From positions 3,136,001 through 3,200,000 of the forward strand of contig OY760175.1 of the NCBI GenBank assembly GCA_963663165.1: a DNA stretch of 64,000 nucleotides. The letters run 5' to 3'. Positions 30,039 to 40,918 of this stretch are shown in pieces (within the stretch, counting starts at the first letter, position 1; each line of letters begins with the position of its first letter). The notes below the pieces were generated by a model that had not been told where the DNA came from, did not search any database, and saw nothing but the letters and a program-made list of their open reading frames with translations. This DNA comes from an uncultured Desulfospira sp. (lineage in GTDB: Bacteria > Desulfobacterota > Desulfobacteria > Desulfobacterales > Desulfobacteraceae). A program made the position numbers and the translations under genes.

Positions 30039-31301
30039 ATGATTTCCGTAACTGAAAAATTATTTTTTTCGATTTACAGCCTGATATGGAAAGCAGCCAT
30101 TCCATTCTTAAAATTCAACAAACGCCTTTTATCCGGATATGAACAAAGAATTTTAAAGATCCCCCCCCCAAAGGCTGAAATCTGGATACAGGCTGCGTCT
30201 GCCGGAGAAACCTACCTTGCCACAGAGCTTGTAAAAAATTTACAGACCACGCACCCGGTAAAAATACTTTTGACGACCAATACATCCCAGGGGATGGCAA
30301 TACTGGAGAAAGTAAAAACCAGGAGCCCTTCCGGCAAAAATATTTCCTGCGCCTATTTCCCCTTTGATGATCCGATTATAATGAAAAATGCTGTCCGCAG
30401 GATTAATCCTAAAGTAATGGTGCTTTTAGAAACAGAGATATGGCCGGGTCTTTTGTCCGCCCTGAAAAAGCATGGCTGCAAAACATTAATTATCAATGGC
30501 CGCTTAAAACAAAAAAATCTGAAAAAATATCGCATATGGCCTTCTTTGTGGAAAAGGCTTGCACCGGACAAAATCCTTGCCATATCCCCGAAGGATGAAA
30601 CCCGATATAAAAAGCTTTTTGGAAATAATATTGTTGGAAACATGAATAATATCAAGTTTGACAGGTTTAAGCCCATATACATAGAAAACAATGACAAACA
30701 TCTTTTTGGAAACCTTATCCCCGACAATTCAACGTTTATAGTCCTTGGCTCCATAAGACAGGAAGAAGAGATACTCATTGAAAAGATCATCAAGGATATT
30801 TCTGTAAAAAAGCCATGTGCTGTAATTGGTCTTTTCCCAAGGCATATGCACAGAATCGACACATGGAAACAACGATTGACCCAACTGTCTCTAAAATGGG
30901 TGTTAAAATCTAAAGCGACGGCCCCTGTTTCCCCCGGCACAATTCTCTTATGGGATACTTTCGGAGAACTGCAAAAGGCTTACTCAATCTCAGATGCTGT
31001 TTTTGTCGGGGGCAGTCTTGCCCCCCTCGGGGGGCAAAATTTTCTTGAGCCCTTGATATACGGGGTTGTCCCGGTTATTGGCCCTTCCTGGGAAAACTTT
31101 CTATGGATTGGTCAGGATATCATCAAAAAAGGGCTTCTGCGGACAGGATCTGACTGGAGAGAGGTCTCTGACCTGCTGATAAAAAATATGGCCAGTGAAA
31201 AAAGCCAAATAAAAACGGCTCAATCTGCATTGGATTATGTTACAACCCGGCAAGGAGGAACCCGAAAGGCATGCCGGCTGATTAACGATTTTCTAAAATA
31301 A
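30039..31301 (+). CDS. waaA: Kdo transferase
   Basis: AASAGE, ETEIWP, NIKFD, PRH, DTFGEL and GGQNFLEP motifs. Confidence 0.92.
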   Translation: MISVTEKLFFSIYSLIWKAAIPFLKFNKRLLSGYEQRILKIPPPKAEIWIQAASAGETYLATELVKNLQTTHPVKILLTTNTSQGMAILEKVKTRSPSGKNISCAYFPFDDPIIMKNAVRRINPKVMVLLETEIWPGLLSALKKHGCKTLIINGRLKQKNLKKYRIWPSLWKRLAPDKILAISPKDETRYKKLFGNNIVGNMNNIKFDRFKPIYIENNDKHLFGNLIPDNSTFIVLGSIRQEEEILIEKIIKDISVKKPCAVIGLFPRHMHRIDTWKQRLTQLSLKWVLKSKATAPVSPGTILLWDTFGELQKAYSISDAVFVGGSLAPLGGQNFLEPLIYGVVPVIGPSWENFLWIGQDIIKKGLLRTGSDWREVSDLLIKNMASEKSQIKTAQSALDYVTTRQGGTRKACRLINDFLK

Positions 31302-31317
31302 AATTCAAATAGTTAAA

Positions 31318-32976
31318 TCACGGCCTTGGGTTTCTTTCTGCCCGGGGCGATGATGCCTGCTTTGTTTTGATTTTTTCAAAAATAAAGGTTGTATATTGGG
31401 GGTGAGAAAAGGATTTTATTTCTTGATATCGTTTAAATTCAGGACCATTTTTGACTCTTTTATTGTTCACCCTTAAAACAATGAACTCAGCCTTTCTCTT
31501 AACGGCAAAAGATTCGATTTTTTTTGGTTCCGGTTTTCGACTGAGATAAAAAACCTTATAACCTTTTTTCCCTTTATCTTCATAATCCATATAAAAGGAA
31601 AACTTGGAATCGGTTGTTACAATTCTTGTATTTTTTTTGATTTCGGTGTTCACCATCCACTTCGCTGCAAGGGGGATGGTTTTGTCTTTATCTACGATCA
31701 AATTCAATGATTTTACGGCCGGTGCAAGAACCAAAACCGACAGAGAAACCGCAACTATTTTTGTATATTTTCTGTTGTCCTTTTTTAAACAAAGCTGATT
31801 CATTCCAAGCCCCACCCAGGGAAGCAGCAAAAAAGCCGGGATCATCAAATACCTTGTAACAATAAAATCCCGGTATAGGACAAAGCTAAATACGAGCAAC
31901 ATAAAAAGAAAACAAAGACTGAGTAGATACATGCCCCAGGGTTTTATTTTCTTTTTTAACCCCATAAAAAGGGGGATAATTGACAGGGGGAAAAGCACTT
32001 TCAACAGGGTCTCAACAATGGCAAAAGAATAAATCACCACCAGATAATGCCTGGCCAGGGCTGCAAAATTACATTTTCCACCTGAAAAAGGCGGAAAATT
32101 TTCAGCCTTTTTAAAAAATTCGTAGATCTCATGATATGTTACAACAAACCCGCCGGTAAACAATTGTTCAAAGTAAGGAATTACCTGGCCGAACCTGTTT
32201 CCCGACAAGGCATCAATACCGTATATGAAAGATACTGCCATGGCCACAACAAGGGGAATTCCGGCCCAGATAACGGCACGCATAAGAAAAAGAGGTCTTA
32301 ATTCTTTATTCCTTACGGCTAAAAAAGCAAGGGCACAAAAATAGAATATAATAAATAAACACCCTTCAATTCTGATGAGAGTTGATGCCCATGCCAAAAT
32401 AAATGTCAGCACAAAACAGGACTGACCCTTCTCCCTTATTGACTTTAATCCCCAATATATAAACGAGCTTGATACCAGGAGGAAAAGAGGATCCCGGCTC
32501 AAATATAGAAACCATTCATTCATCATGGGCAGAACGGCAAAAATGAGACTTGCCCAAAAGGCGGCACCTATGCCAAATAATGCTTTTGTCAGATAATACA
32601 GGGGAATGGCAGAAAGGGTAATACTCACACAAGAGATAAAATACCCGGAAACAATCCAGTCCGGGATAATAAAGTGAACCAGTGCCAGAAGTATTGGATA
32701 GACCGGCATCGGATAAAGGGACAGGCCTTTTGCAAATTCTCCTGCGCTATAGTGTTTTGCAGCGGCTATATATAAAATACCATCGTTGTTGATGGCCGAG
32801 TCAAATAACCCCGCCAGTATAACCAGTTTTATCAGGACAGAAACAAGTAAAGGAATTCCCAGGCAAAAAAATGTTTGTTTTTTCTCACTGAGCTTATGCA
32901 GATTTAAACCTGTCCCCCCAGCAATATCCTTAATGCCAGGAAAAAATATCTTTCTCCTTTCATGCATTTCATTCAT
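31318..32976 (-). CDS. ArnT/GT39-like membrane glycosyltransferase
   Basis: NNDGILYI..A, P.YP, RD and RIEG motifs; many TM segments; RYL near the C-terminal soluble domain. Confidence 0.72.
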   Translation of the reverse strand: MNEMHERRKIFFPGIKDIAGGTGLNLHKLSEKKQTFFCLGIPLLVSVLIKLVILAGLFDSAINNDGILYIAAAKHYSAGEFAKGLSLYPMPVYPILLALVHFIIPDWIVSGYFISCVSITLSAIPLYYLTKALFGIGAAFWASLIFAVLPMMNEWFLYLSRDPLFLLVSSSFIYWGLKSIREKGQSCFVLTFILAWASTLIRIEGCLFIIFYFCALAFLAVRNKELRPLFLMRAVIWAGIPLVVAMAVSFIYGIDALSGNRFGQVIPYFEQLFTGGFVVTYHEIYEFFKKAENFPPFSGGKCNFAALARHYLVVIYSFAIVETLLKVLFPLSIIPLFMGLKKKIKPWGMYLLSLCFLFMLLVFSFVLYRDFIVTRYLMIPAFLLLPWVGLGMNQLCLKKDNRKYTKIVAVSLSVLVLAPAVKSLNLIVDKDKTIPLAAKWMVNTEIKKNTRIVTTDSKFSFYMDYEDKGKKGYKVFYLSRKPEPKKIESFAVKRKAEFIVLRVNNKRVKNGPEFKRYQEIKSFSHPQYTTFIFEKIKTKQASSPRAERNPRP

Positions 32977-33322
32977 TAAAAATGATTCCCCTTTAAATGG
33001 GTGTTGAAACCATCCAAATTTTCATTGAGTTATGATGTTTCTACAGGTCTTTGAGGCGGCTACTATATCATGACCAACTATCATTTAAAATAAAGCCATC
33101 GGTTATCTTCTTAAAAAAACGGCATTGAATATAGCATATTAACCGTTATTCATCAATCAATCATTAAAGCAGGGCTGCAGCGTGCTGACTGATGGGGTAA
33201 AAAAAGGCTCTATGCAAGGCATAGGATTTTATATTTTTCTTGACAATCACAGGCACTTTCTTTATCCATTTGCAGTGTTTACTATATGCTTAACGATATT
33301 GAATATTTAGAATGAAAAATAT

Positions 33323-34225
33323 ATGAATTCAAAAGAAAAAGGGGTTTATATAGGGCTCTGGTTGCTTATCTTTGTCCTGGGGAAATTTTCTTTCCGATCC
33401 GGAGCATCTCTAGGCAAATTCATCGGCGCAATATGGTTTTTCCTGGATAAAACCCGAAAAAATATAGCCATTGATAATTTATCCCGGGCATATGGCCCGG
33501 AAAAAAGTAAAAATGAGATTTTACAGCTGGCCAGGAGAGTATTTGATAATCTAGGCCGGATGCTTTTTGAATATGCCTGGTTTTACAGTTCAGGAAGCAA
33601 ACATGATTCAGGGATCTTCTCAGTAAAAGGGTTTAACCATTTAGAAGCCGCACATGCCAAAAAAAAGGGGGTCCTTCTTTTATCCGCTCACCTTGGCAAC
33701 TGGGAGTTTGGTACAGCACTCGCACCTCTGACCGGGATGCCCATAACCGTGGTCTATCAAAAAATCAAATTCAAACCTTTGGACCTGCTGATAAAAAACA
33801 ACAGGAAAAAGCTGGGCATCACCCTTTTACCCTTGCACAATGCTTTTGCAGGCGTGGACTCCGCCTTGAAACGCGGTGACCTGATTGGGCTTTTGATGGA
33901 TCAGAATACCAGACATAAAAAAGGGATATTCATTGATTTTTTTGGCCGGAAGACTTCAGCAAATCCAGGCCTTGCCAAATTAGCCCTTCAAACCGGTGCG
34001 CCCGTTATCCCTGCGTTTGCCTACAGGGAAAACGGTAAATATATTTTTGAAATCCAGCCTGAACTGCCCTTAATCAAAACCGGGGATGAAAAAACCGATA
34101 TCCTTTTAAACACGCAACAACAAAATACCGTGATTGAAAAAATTGTCAGAAGACACCCAGACCAATGGTTTTGGATTCATAAACGTTGGAAAACAAGGCC
34201 TTTAGACGAACAGGAATCAGCTTAG
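33323..34225 (+). CDS. Lipid A late acyltransferase (LpxL/HtrB family)
   Basis: AHLGNWE, LMDQ, FFG and PDQWFWIHKRWK motifs. Confidence 0.9.
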   Translation: MNSKEKGVYIGLWLLIFVLGKFSFRSGASLGKFIGAIWFFLDKTRKNIAIDNLSRAYGPEKSKNEILQLARRVFDNLGRMLFEYAWFYSSGSKHDSGIFSVKGFNHLEAAHAKKKGVLLLSAHLGNWEFGTALAPLTGMPITVVYQKIKFKPLDLLIKNNRKKLGITLLPLHNAFAGVDSALKRGDLIGLLMDQNTRHKKGIFIDFFGRKTSANPGLAKLALQTGAPVIPAFAYRENGKYIFEIQPELPLIKTGDEKTDILLNTQQQNTVIEKIVRRHPDQWFWIHKRWKTRPLDEQESA

Positions 34226-34353
34226 GATCGTCTCTTGCTTTACAAACTGATTCCCATATAGATATTTATGACAATTGATCATTGTATAAAACCGAAATCC
34301 GGAAGCCGTATCCAATTAATTTTTTGAACAAAACGCCCAAAACGGAACAAGTA

Positions 34354-35223
34354 ATGAATAACCCTATTGTTACGATACTGATTCCCAATTACAGAACACC
34401 GGAACTTACCAAACTCTGCCTTCGTCTGATCAGAAAACATACAGACTGTTCAAGAATTCATGTTATTGTCATTGATAATGACTCCGGGGACGAATCAACT
34501 GATTATTTAAAATCCCTGAAATGGATTGAACTTATCCAAAGAGAGCCCATTCCTTGTGAAAGCCCTTCGGTATCTCATTCAAGAGCCCTTGATCTGGCAC
34601 TTGAAAGGGTTACAACGCCATATGTTCTCTCCATACATACAGACACTTTCATAAAGGATCCGGGATGGCTTGACGCGTTGTTAAACGAAATTGAGAAAGG
34701 GCCGGAAATCGCCGGAATAGGTTCCTGGAAACTTGAAAACAGCCCCTCTTTTTTAAAAAGAGCATGGAAAATTTTTGAATATAAAGTACGCAGGCTAAAA
34801 TACTCAATAAGCTCAAACCAAGAAAAATTTGTGGAAGTGAAATCACAGGAGGATGCGGGATACTACAGCCTGTCGAACCCAAACAGCTTGAATCTGAATA
34901 AAAAAAATTACTACCTAAGAAGCCATTGTGCCCTATACAGGACGGATATCTTAAAAGAACACGGCCTTAAATTTCACACACCGGATAAAACTGCAGGCCA
35001 TGAAATGCATCATAGACTCACAGAAAAAAATTACAAAATGGTTTTTCTCTCGACTGAATTTTTAAGCCGATATCTGATGCACCTCAACCATGCCACAATG
35101 GTTCTGCATCCCGAGCTTGGATCTAGAAAAAAAACGGTTCGTAAGGGGATGAAACGAATAAAAAAAGCATTAAAGGTGCTCAAGGCGGACGAAATTATGA
35201 AGGAAAATTCCCTCGACCTTTAA
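34354..35223 (+). CDS. Family 2 glycosyltransferase
   Basis: ILIPNY, VIDNDSGD and HTD motifs. Confidence 0.85.
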   Translation: MNNPIVTILIPNYRTPELTKLCLRLIRKHTDCSRIHVIVIDNDSGDESTDYLKSLKWIELIQREPIPCESPSVSHSRALDLALERVTTPYVLSIHTDTFIKDPGWLDALLNEIEKGPEIAGIGSWKLENSPSFLKRAWKIFEYKVRRLKYSISSNQEKFVEVKSQEDAGYYSLSNPNSLNLNKKNYYLRSHCALYRTDILKEHGLKFHTPDKTAGHEMHHRLTEKNYKMVFLSTEFLSRYLMHLNHATMVLHPELGSRKKTVRKGMKRIKKALKVLKADEIMKENSLDL

Positions 35224-35306
35224 AAACAGCATTTTTTGAATTCAAGATTACGCGTTGTTAAAACAGACAAACGATACCCAAAAAATAATAAAAGAGTTTA
35301 TAAACC

Positions 35307-36302
35307 ATGGCCCACCAGAGCCCCTCTATCCTCTTCCTTGCAAAACGAAAAGCCAGTGCATCAACAAGGTACAGATGCCTTCACTACTTTCCATTTCTTG
35401 AACGGGCGGGATTCAAGCCGGAACATATCAACACCAAAGGCGGGCTGATCAAAAAATTTCGGATTCTTTACAAAGTAAAAAAGGCCGATGCTGTTGTAGT
35501 TGCAAGAAAAACGTTTACATGGCCTTTCAGGTCCCTTGTCCACCGGTGTTCAAAAAACCTTATCTTTGATTTTGACGATGCCATATTTGTCAGGAGCAGC
35601 GGTGAAAAATCCGTCCTTCGCCAAAGCAGGTTCAAGGCGATGCTTAAACGAGTTGACCATGTCTGGGCAGGGAACCGGTATCTTGAAACTATGGCATTGA
35701 AATACTGTCCCAGCGTGGAAGTGCTGCCAACTGCGGTAGATCTTGATCGTTACCATCTCAATACAGAAAAATCCGAAAACCATATTGATATTGTCTGGAT
35801 TGGAAGTTCCTCTACAAAAAAATATCTTAAACGCCTTATCCCTGTCCTTGATAAAGCAGCTGAACTTTTTCCCGGTATCAGGCTGAAAATAATAGCTGAC
35901 TTTGACCTTGAAACCCGTAAGATCAAAACCGTACCGATTGCCTGGTCAGAAGAAACTGAAGGTGCTGAAATCGGATCAAGCCATATCGGTATTTCAATGA
36001 TGACGGAAGATCCCTGGTCAAACGGAAAGTGCGGGCTTAAGGTTATTCAGTACATGGCCGCATCTCTGCCGGTCATTGCCACCAATAATGGCGCCCACAA
36101 AGAGATTATTGAACATGAAAAATCCGGTGTCCTTGTAAATAACGAAGCAGAATGGCTGGATGCGCTCTCAGATTTAATCAAAAACAAAGAAAAAAGAGAC
36201 ACATTGGGTCAAAGAGGATTTGAGACGGTAACCCAAAGATACTCTCTGGAAACAACCTCACAACAAATGATCGATAGTTTAAACCGCCTTATCCGACATT
36301 GA
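35307..36302 (+). CDS. Family 4 glycosyltransferase
   Basis: ASTRYR, FDFDDA, WIGS and KCGLKVIQYMAASLPV motifs. Confidence 0.88.
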   Translation: MAHQSPSILFLAKRKASASTRYRCLHYFPFLERAGFKPEHINTKGGLIKKFRILYKVKKADAVVVARKTFTWPFRSLVHRCSKNLIFDFDDAIFVRSSGEKSVLRQSRFKAMLKRVDHVWAGNRYLETMALKYCPSVEVLPTAVDLDRYHLNTEKSENHIDIVWIGSSSTKKYLKRLIPVLDKAAELFPGIRLKIIADFDLETRKIKTVPIAWSEETEGAEIGSSHIGISMMTEDPWSNGKCGLKVIQYMAASLPVIATNNGAHKEIIEHEKSGVLVNNEAEWLDALSDLIKNKEKRDTLGQRGFETVTQRYSLETTSQQMIDSLNRLIRH

Positions 36303-36974
36303 AGAGCAAAGCTTTATGACTTTTTTCTTCAAATTTTCAGGATCTGATTTGAATCTGAACTCAGCCTTTTCAAGGTAGTGATCTAAAAAACACTCTATGC
36401 CTATTTCCCTTATTGCCTGCCGGTCCTGCTTGTGGTGGAGTATGGGTTTAAAATTTCTAATTCTTTTTGAAAACAACAGAGGGGACGATGAAAAAAAATG
36501 GAGACTGTCAACATCAATCAGGCCGAACCGGTTATCTTCAAGGACAAAGACATTATTGAAATGAACTGCTCGAAAATAAATGCCATTATTGTGCAGAAAG
36601 GCGAAAAACTTTGCAAAATCGAGCAGGCAGAATAAATTTTCTCTTTCCGTTATAAGCTTGTCCCGAAGAGAAATCCCTCTAAGGGGCTTATAAATGATCA
36701 AATATCTTTTTATTGAAGGAACTTTATAAGTATTTTTAATACGAACCGTTGGGACACCCATTTTTCCGAGCAGTTCGACAGCCCGTACAAATCTTTTTGC
36801 ATAGGGCCACAAAATGGCTGATGAAATAATCCGTTTTCTCCTGAAAAGCTTTGCAATACAACCATCGGAAAGCCGGATCACCTTTACGCCGTAACTGTCC
36901 TCGGTAAGTACAGTTCCATTTTTAACCAGGCTTTCATAATCTGCCTGGTCCAATTTTTCCCACCTGCAGAACAT
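36279..36974 (-). CDS. LPS kinase-like protein (Kdo/WaaP superfamily, 'toluene tolerance' type)
   Basis: KLFRRKR, HNNGIYFRAVHFNNV and LIDV motifs; last gene of the waaG operon. Confidence 0.75.
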   Translation of the reverse strand: MFCRWEKLDQADYESLVKNGTVLTEDSYGVKVIRLSDGCIAKLFRRKRIISSAILWPYAKRFVRAVELLGKMGVPTVRIKNTYKVPSIKRYLIIYKPLRGISLRDKLITERENLFCLLDFAKFFAFLHNNGIYFRAVHFNNVFVLEDNRFGLIDVDSLHFFSSSPLLFSKRIRNFKPILHHKQDRQAIREIGIECFLDHYLEKAEFRFKSDPENLKKKVIKLCSSMSDKAV

Positions 36975-36980
36975 TATCTT

Positions 36981-38423
36981 TTACCGTCCTTTTTGTGAAA
37001 GCCCTTTAAAATGCCTCATTACTTCAGGATGCCCTTCCCAATTTTGTAAAAACCTTTTTACATCCTTTTTAAATGCCTTTTTAAAACCAGCCGCGCTCCT
37101 GTGCTGTTGCATGCTGTCCAAATCAATCAAATACGGCTGTTCCCCATGGATGATAATATTTGTGGCTTTCATATCGCCATGACTGATCTTCATTCGCTCA
37201 AATTTCTCAAACAGTGCGGTGATCTTTTCTGCCATGCTTTCAAGATCCGCTTGCGCCATCTTTGGAAAGAGGGTCCTTGCATTCTCGCCACTGACATATT
37301 CACATATAAAAAAAGCCGTGTTTCTGAAAGGGCCGAATCGTTTTTCCTTAAAGGCGGCAGGAAGGCCTGTTCTTATGTCGTTTTTCACAAGCATATGGGC
37401 GGAACGCCACGATATATCCGCCCTTGTCCTTTTAAAGGCCCTCCTGAATGCATGAAAGAAATTCTTCATATTGTACCGCTTGATCACAAATTTTCTTCCA
37501 TCTATTTCACAAAGGACAACGGTTGCCGAATTACCTGCCTTGAGCAGATTTTCACCAGCATTTTCAAACGCCGTATCAGGATTTTCAAGCAGGGCTTTAA
37601 ACCGATTTGAAGCATACGCTTTGTTACAGGCCATAAATGAAAAAAAGCTTTTCCGGCAAAAAGTTTTTGTGGAATTCCGGTATATTTTTTTTAGATATTT
37701 TTTAATATTTTTTTTTCTGCTCCTTGAAATATCCCTTTCAAAATCCGCAGACGCATCTTTATACGGCCTGATATTTCTTGCTTTGAGATATACACCCAAA
37801 GGTTCATCCAATTCTTTTTGCCCTGCAAAATCAGTCTGAGCAAAAAAAACGGACAAATTTTTAAGCCCTTCTTTAATGGGCAAAGAGCGGGCCGATCTTT
37901 TTTTTATCGCCGCACAGTCTAAAAAAAATATCTTTTTTTCCTGTAAAAGAAAATTTTTAGCATGAAGGTCAGTATGAATGGCCCCTTTATTGTGCAGTAA
38001 AGCAATCATTTTTATAAAACGGTTTAAAATCTCTTTATTAGAATCCTCTGTACGGGATTTTTCTGTAACTATTGAAATATCACTTGTAAAATCAATATAT
38101 TCAAGTATCAGAACATATGCTTTTATTTCGTTGTTGAATTCATTGCAGAGTATTTTAGGTGAAAAAATCCCCGCGTCTTCTAATATCTTTGCACCATATA
38201 CTTCCTTTCCAATATTCGCTTTGGAACGAAATTTTTTAAAGAACAGCTTTGCAACAACCTTTTTATCATCCAGGCTGCCTAAGACAACAGCCCTGCGCCC
38301 TGGGATATACCTTAATATTTTTCGGCATTTAAGCCGTTTATCTGCGGATACAAGCTCAAGCTCGAAAGGGAGATGGAACCGCTTCTTTCCAATTGTTAAA
38401 TATTTGAAATCAGGACCATTCAT
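36981..38423 (-). CDS. Tandem-domain LPS core kinase (WapQ/InaA-like)
   Basis: Two kinase halves: HTDLHAKNFL..LD and HGDMKATNI..LIDLD. Confidence 0.8.
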   Translation of the reverse strand: MNGPDFKYLTIGKKRFHLPFELELVSADKRLKCRKILRYIPGRRAVVLGSLDDKKVVAKLFFKKFRSKANIGKEVYGAKILEDAGIFSPKILCNEFNNEIKAYVLILEYIDFTSDISIVTEKSRTEDSNKEILNRFIKMIALLHNKGAIHTDLHAKNFLLQEKKIFFLDCAAIKKRSARSLPIKEGLKNLSVFFAQTDFAGQKELDEPLGVYLKARNIRPYKDASADFERDISRSRKKNIKKYLKKIYRNSTKTFCRKSFFSFMACNKAYASNRFKALLENPDTAFENAGENLLKAGNSATVVLCEIDGRKFVIKRYNMKNFFHAFRRAFKRTRADISWRSAHMLVKNDIRTGLPAAFKEKRFGPFRNTAFFICEYVSGENARTLFPKMAQADLESMAEKITALFEKFERMKISHGDMKATNIIIHGEQPYLIDLDSMQQHRSAAGFKKAFKKDVKRFLQNWEGHPEVMRHFKGLSQKGR

Positions 38424-38427
38424 CGGC

Positions 38428-39252
38428 TTACCAAATGAAATGCGGATCTTTTTTAAACTCCTTTTTATACAGATTCACGGCGCGTTTTCTCACCACCCAC
38501 CAAAAGAGTTTATCCCCCTCTATTGCCCTTTCAGGTGTAGTGCCTTTATAAAGGCCGATAAAATAAAGGATATCATCCTTTGAAAGGCCAAGATCCATGC
38601 TTGAAAAAAGGAGGGCTGAAATATCTTTAACACGCCAACGCCAAGGCGTTTTTCTGCGGATTTGGACCCGGTGCAGGTCTATCAGATAGAGTTTTATATT
38701 ATCAGGCCCAACATGCTCACGCCCCATTGATATATCAAGAAGAAAATGACAGATGTAAAAATCCCTGTGATTTAGGCCATTTTCATGGATGGTTCGGGCA
38801 ATCCAGGCGATTTTTTTTATCAGCGCTTTTTTCAACTCATTTGAGGGGGGGGTCAAGGCCCAGTCCCGGCAATAATTTTCAAGACTGATGGTATCTTTAA
38901 GTTCGTCTGTAATGACAAAAGATTTTATTCTGCCGGGGTTTCTTCCTTCTTTACCGTATCCGACAAGGTCCATGGTATCAACACCGATACTTTTAAGCTT
39001 CTTTATTGCCTGCCATTCGTTTTCGGCACTTAATACCGGCGGTCTTCTGAACTGGCGAAGATTTTTCAAAATTTTTTTCCAGCCGACGCCGGTGTGGAAC
39101 TTGCCAAAGTAAAATTTGTCTTTAAAGCTGAAGCGAAAGGTTCTTCGCCCGTCCTTTTGACTGTAGACAGGCCCTTCAATTTCAAAAAGCTTTTTCAAGC
39201 CTTTTTCCTTAATGTTAAAATACGCCATCCAGTCATCGGGCAAATTGATCAT
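38428..39252 (-). CDS. waaP: LPS core heptose(I) kinase
   Basis: GRRT, HTGVGW, ENEWQAI, NHRDFYICHFL and LIDLHR motifs. Confidence 0.92.
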   Translation of the reverse strand: MINLPDDWMAYFNIKEKGLKKLFEIEGPVYSQKDGRRTFRFSFKDKFYFGKFHTGVGWKKILKNLRQFRRPPVLSAENEWQAIKKLKSIGVDTMDLVGYGKEGRNPGRIKSFVITDELKDTISLENYCRDWALTPPSNELKKALIKKIAWIARTIHENGLNHRDFYICHFLLDISMGREHVGPDNIKLYLIDLHRVQIRRKTPWRWRVKDISALLFSSMDLGLSKDDILYFIGLYKGTTPERAIEGDKLFWWVVRKRAVNLYKKEFKKDPHFIW

Positions 39253-40376
39253 GAACACACCTTCTCTATAATATCGACCGCTTTTTTTGCACGGCTGAAC
39301 ACATCGGTTTTCTTTATATACGCTAAAGCGTTCTTCTGAAAATAATTTTCTTTACGTACCCCAAGAAGTGAAATTAATTTTTCGTTGAGCGCTTCCTGTC
39401 TGAACGGGGAAGCAACCACTTTGCCGGCATCGGCCGCCTCTACATGAAAACTGTATCCGCATATATCGGTGGTAATGACCGGCAGTCCCGCAGCAATGGC
39501 TTCAACGATTACCGTGCCTGTATTTTCAATACTTGCGGGATGAAGCAGCAAATCAGATGCACAAAGCAGTTCCGGAACATCCGTTCTGGCACCGGTAAAG
39601 ATCACCCTGTCATCAACCTTATTTTTCTTTGCTAGGGTTTTAAAAGGGGCGGGATTATCTTTTCCAACCACAAGAAGCACACAGGCATCACGCAGGTCTT
39701 CCGGCAGTGAAGAGAGTGCTTTTATACTTCTTTTGACTCCCTTTATTTTAAAATTGGTGCAGACCATTAAAATTATAATTTTATCCCTGCTGATATTCAA
39801 TTCTTTGCGTTTCTTTTTATTCACAGCGTCTGGATCATCCGGAGGCAGACACTTTTTTGAAATACCGGGAGGAAGAAGAAAAAACCTTTCAGGCCCGGTG
39901 TTATAATATTCTAAATAAAACGCCTTCTCTTTTTCCGTCAACAGCAGAATCTTTGTGTTTGCTTCCTGTTTAAAAACCTCTCTTTCAAGCTTCATCAATT
40001 TTTTATATCTGCCGGTAAATCTGAAGATCGGACTTCTTTTTTTCATCTTTGCAGCATAGGAAACATCAGCACAATAATAAAAATCAAGGCCGGGCATTTT
40101 ATTAAATCCCAAAACCGCGTCATACTCTTTTTGGGCTCTGATTTTATTAAATTCTTTGGCAAAGGATTCATATCTGTTGTGATTTGTCAACCCTTTGACC
40201 TGCAATAGAGAAATATCAGCCCCTTTTATGGAATCACCTTCCCAGGAAATGGTGTATACATCGACCTTATGGCCCCGGTTCAAAAGTTCAGTTACAATAT
40301 TTTTAAAATTAACCTGAAGCCCACCAAAGGGGAAATATTTATAAAGACAAACGGCTATTTTCAATTTTTTTCCCAA
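39249..40376 (-). CDS. waaG: LPS core glucosyltransferase (GT4)
   Basis: LYKYFPFGGLQ, GFNKMPGLD, LPPGI and ENTGTV motifs; TTG start. Confidence 0.92.
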   Translation of the reverse strand: MGKKLKIAVCLYKYFPFGGLQVNFKNIVTELLNRGHKVDVYTISWEGDSIKGADISLLQVKGLTNHNRYESFAKEFNKIRAQKEYDAVLGFNKMPGLDFYYCADVSYAAKMKKRSPIFRFTGRYKKLMKLEREVFKQEANTKILLLTEKEKAFYLEYYNTGPERFFLLPPGISKKCLPPDDPDAVNKKKRKELNISRDKIIILMVCTNFKIKGVKRSIKALSSLPEDLRDACVLLVVGKDNPAPFKTLAKKNKVDDRVIFTGARTDVPELLCASDLLLHPASIENTGTVIVEAIAAGLPVITTDICGYSFHVEAADAGKVVASPFRQEALNEKLISLLGVRKENYFQKNALAYIKKTDVFSRAKKAVDIIEKVCS

Positions 40377-40388
40377 AATTAAAGAATC

Positions 40389-40453
40389 TCCAAGATCTGA
40401 AATACGATTTCAGACCATAGGCGGTAAGTGCGTTCACCTTCCGTTTTCAGAAT
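40389..40453. repeat. 65 bp twin-hairpin direct repeat, copy 1 (waaG leader)
   Basis: 60/65 identical to 41962-42026 by manual alignment. Confidence 0.85.
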
Positions 40454-40603
40454 CCCCCCCGCCGGCGACGGCCCTTAAAGTTTGAACAACCCGAGTGCTT
40501 GAGGAATCTCTGATTTTTTAAAAAATAAATAAACAGTTGAAGGTCTCCATGGGGGCCGGCTTTTTATGCGCCCGAAGGGCGTGTAAAAAGCCGGCAGCAG
40601 CCC

Positions 40604-40615
40604 CATGCTACCGCC
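40604..40615 (-). promoter_or_regulatory. ops element in the waaG operon leader
   Basis: Minus strand GGCGGTAGCATG matches GGCGGTAGnnTG; about 230 nt upstream of waaG and on its strand; followed by a long C(UUCG)G hairpin. Confidence 0.72.
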
Positions 40616-40683
40616 TTTCGTTCTTTGTTTTTATAGTAAATTCCATCTGGTGTCCAGTCGTCAAGCGCCTGGCGGTCCCCGAA

Positions 40684-40820
40684 CAGGGTCATCGCATGTA
40701 AAAAAAGCAATCTATTCCGGAATTAAAAATAAGGATAACCTAAATAAAATGTAATGGGGGCCGGAAACCGGAAGAAGGGAGACCGGATGCGCCCTCCAAG
40801 GGAACCCGGCATCCGGCATC
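40684..40820. repeat. Solo ISAs1-type MITE end with heptamer repeats
   Basis: CAGGGTCATCGCATGTAAAAAAAG...CCGGAATTAAAAATAAGGATA is the reverse complement of the ends at about 52860-52912 and 60180-60232. Confidence 0.7.
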
Positions 40821-40918
40821 TATCGCTCTATTTTGGGTCAATGCAAGGTTGGAGCGGGCCATTCTGCAGTATATTCGAATCTTGCTCTTCCTGATCCTTA
40901 ACGGCAACTTTTCACAAT

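Noticed and set aside
40420..40432. Second ops site (GGCGGTAAGTGCG) on the + strand
   Set aside because: It mismatches the consensus, is on the wrong strand for waaG, and is not kept in the second repeat copy.
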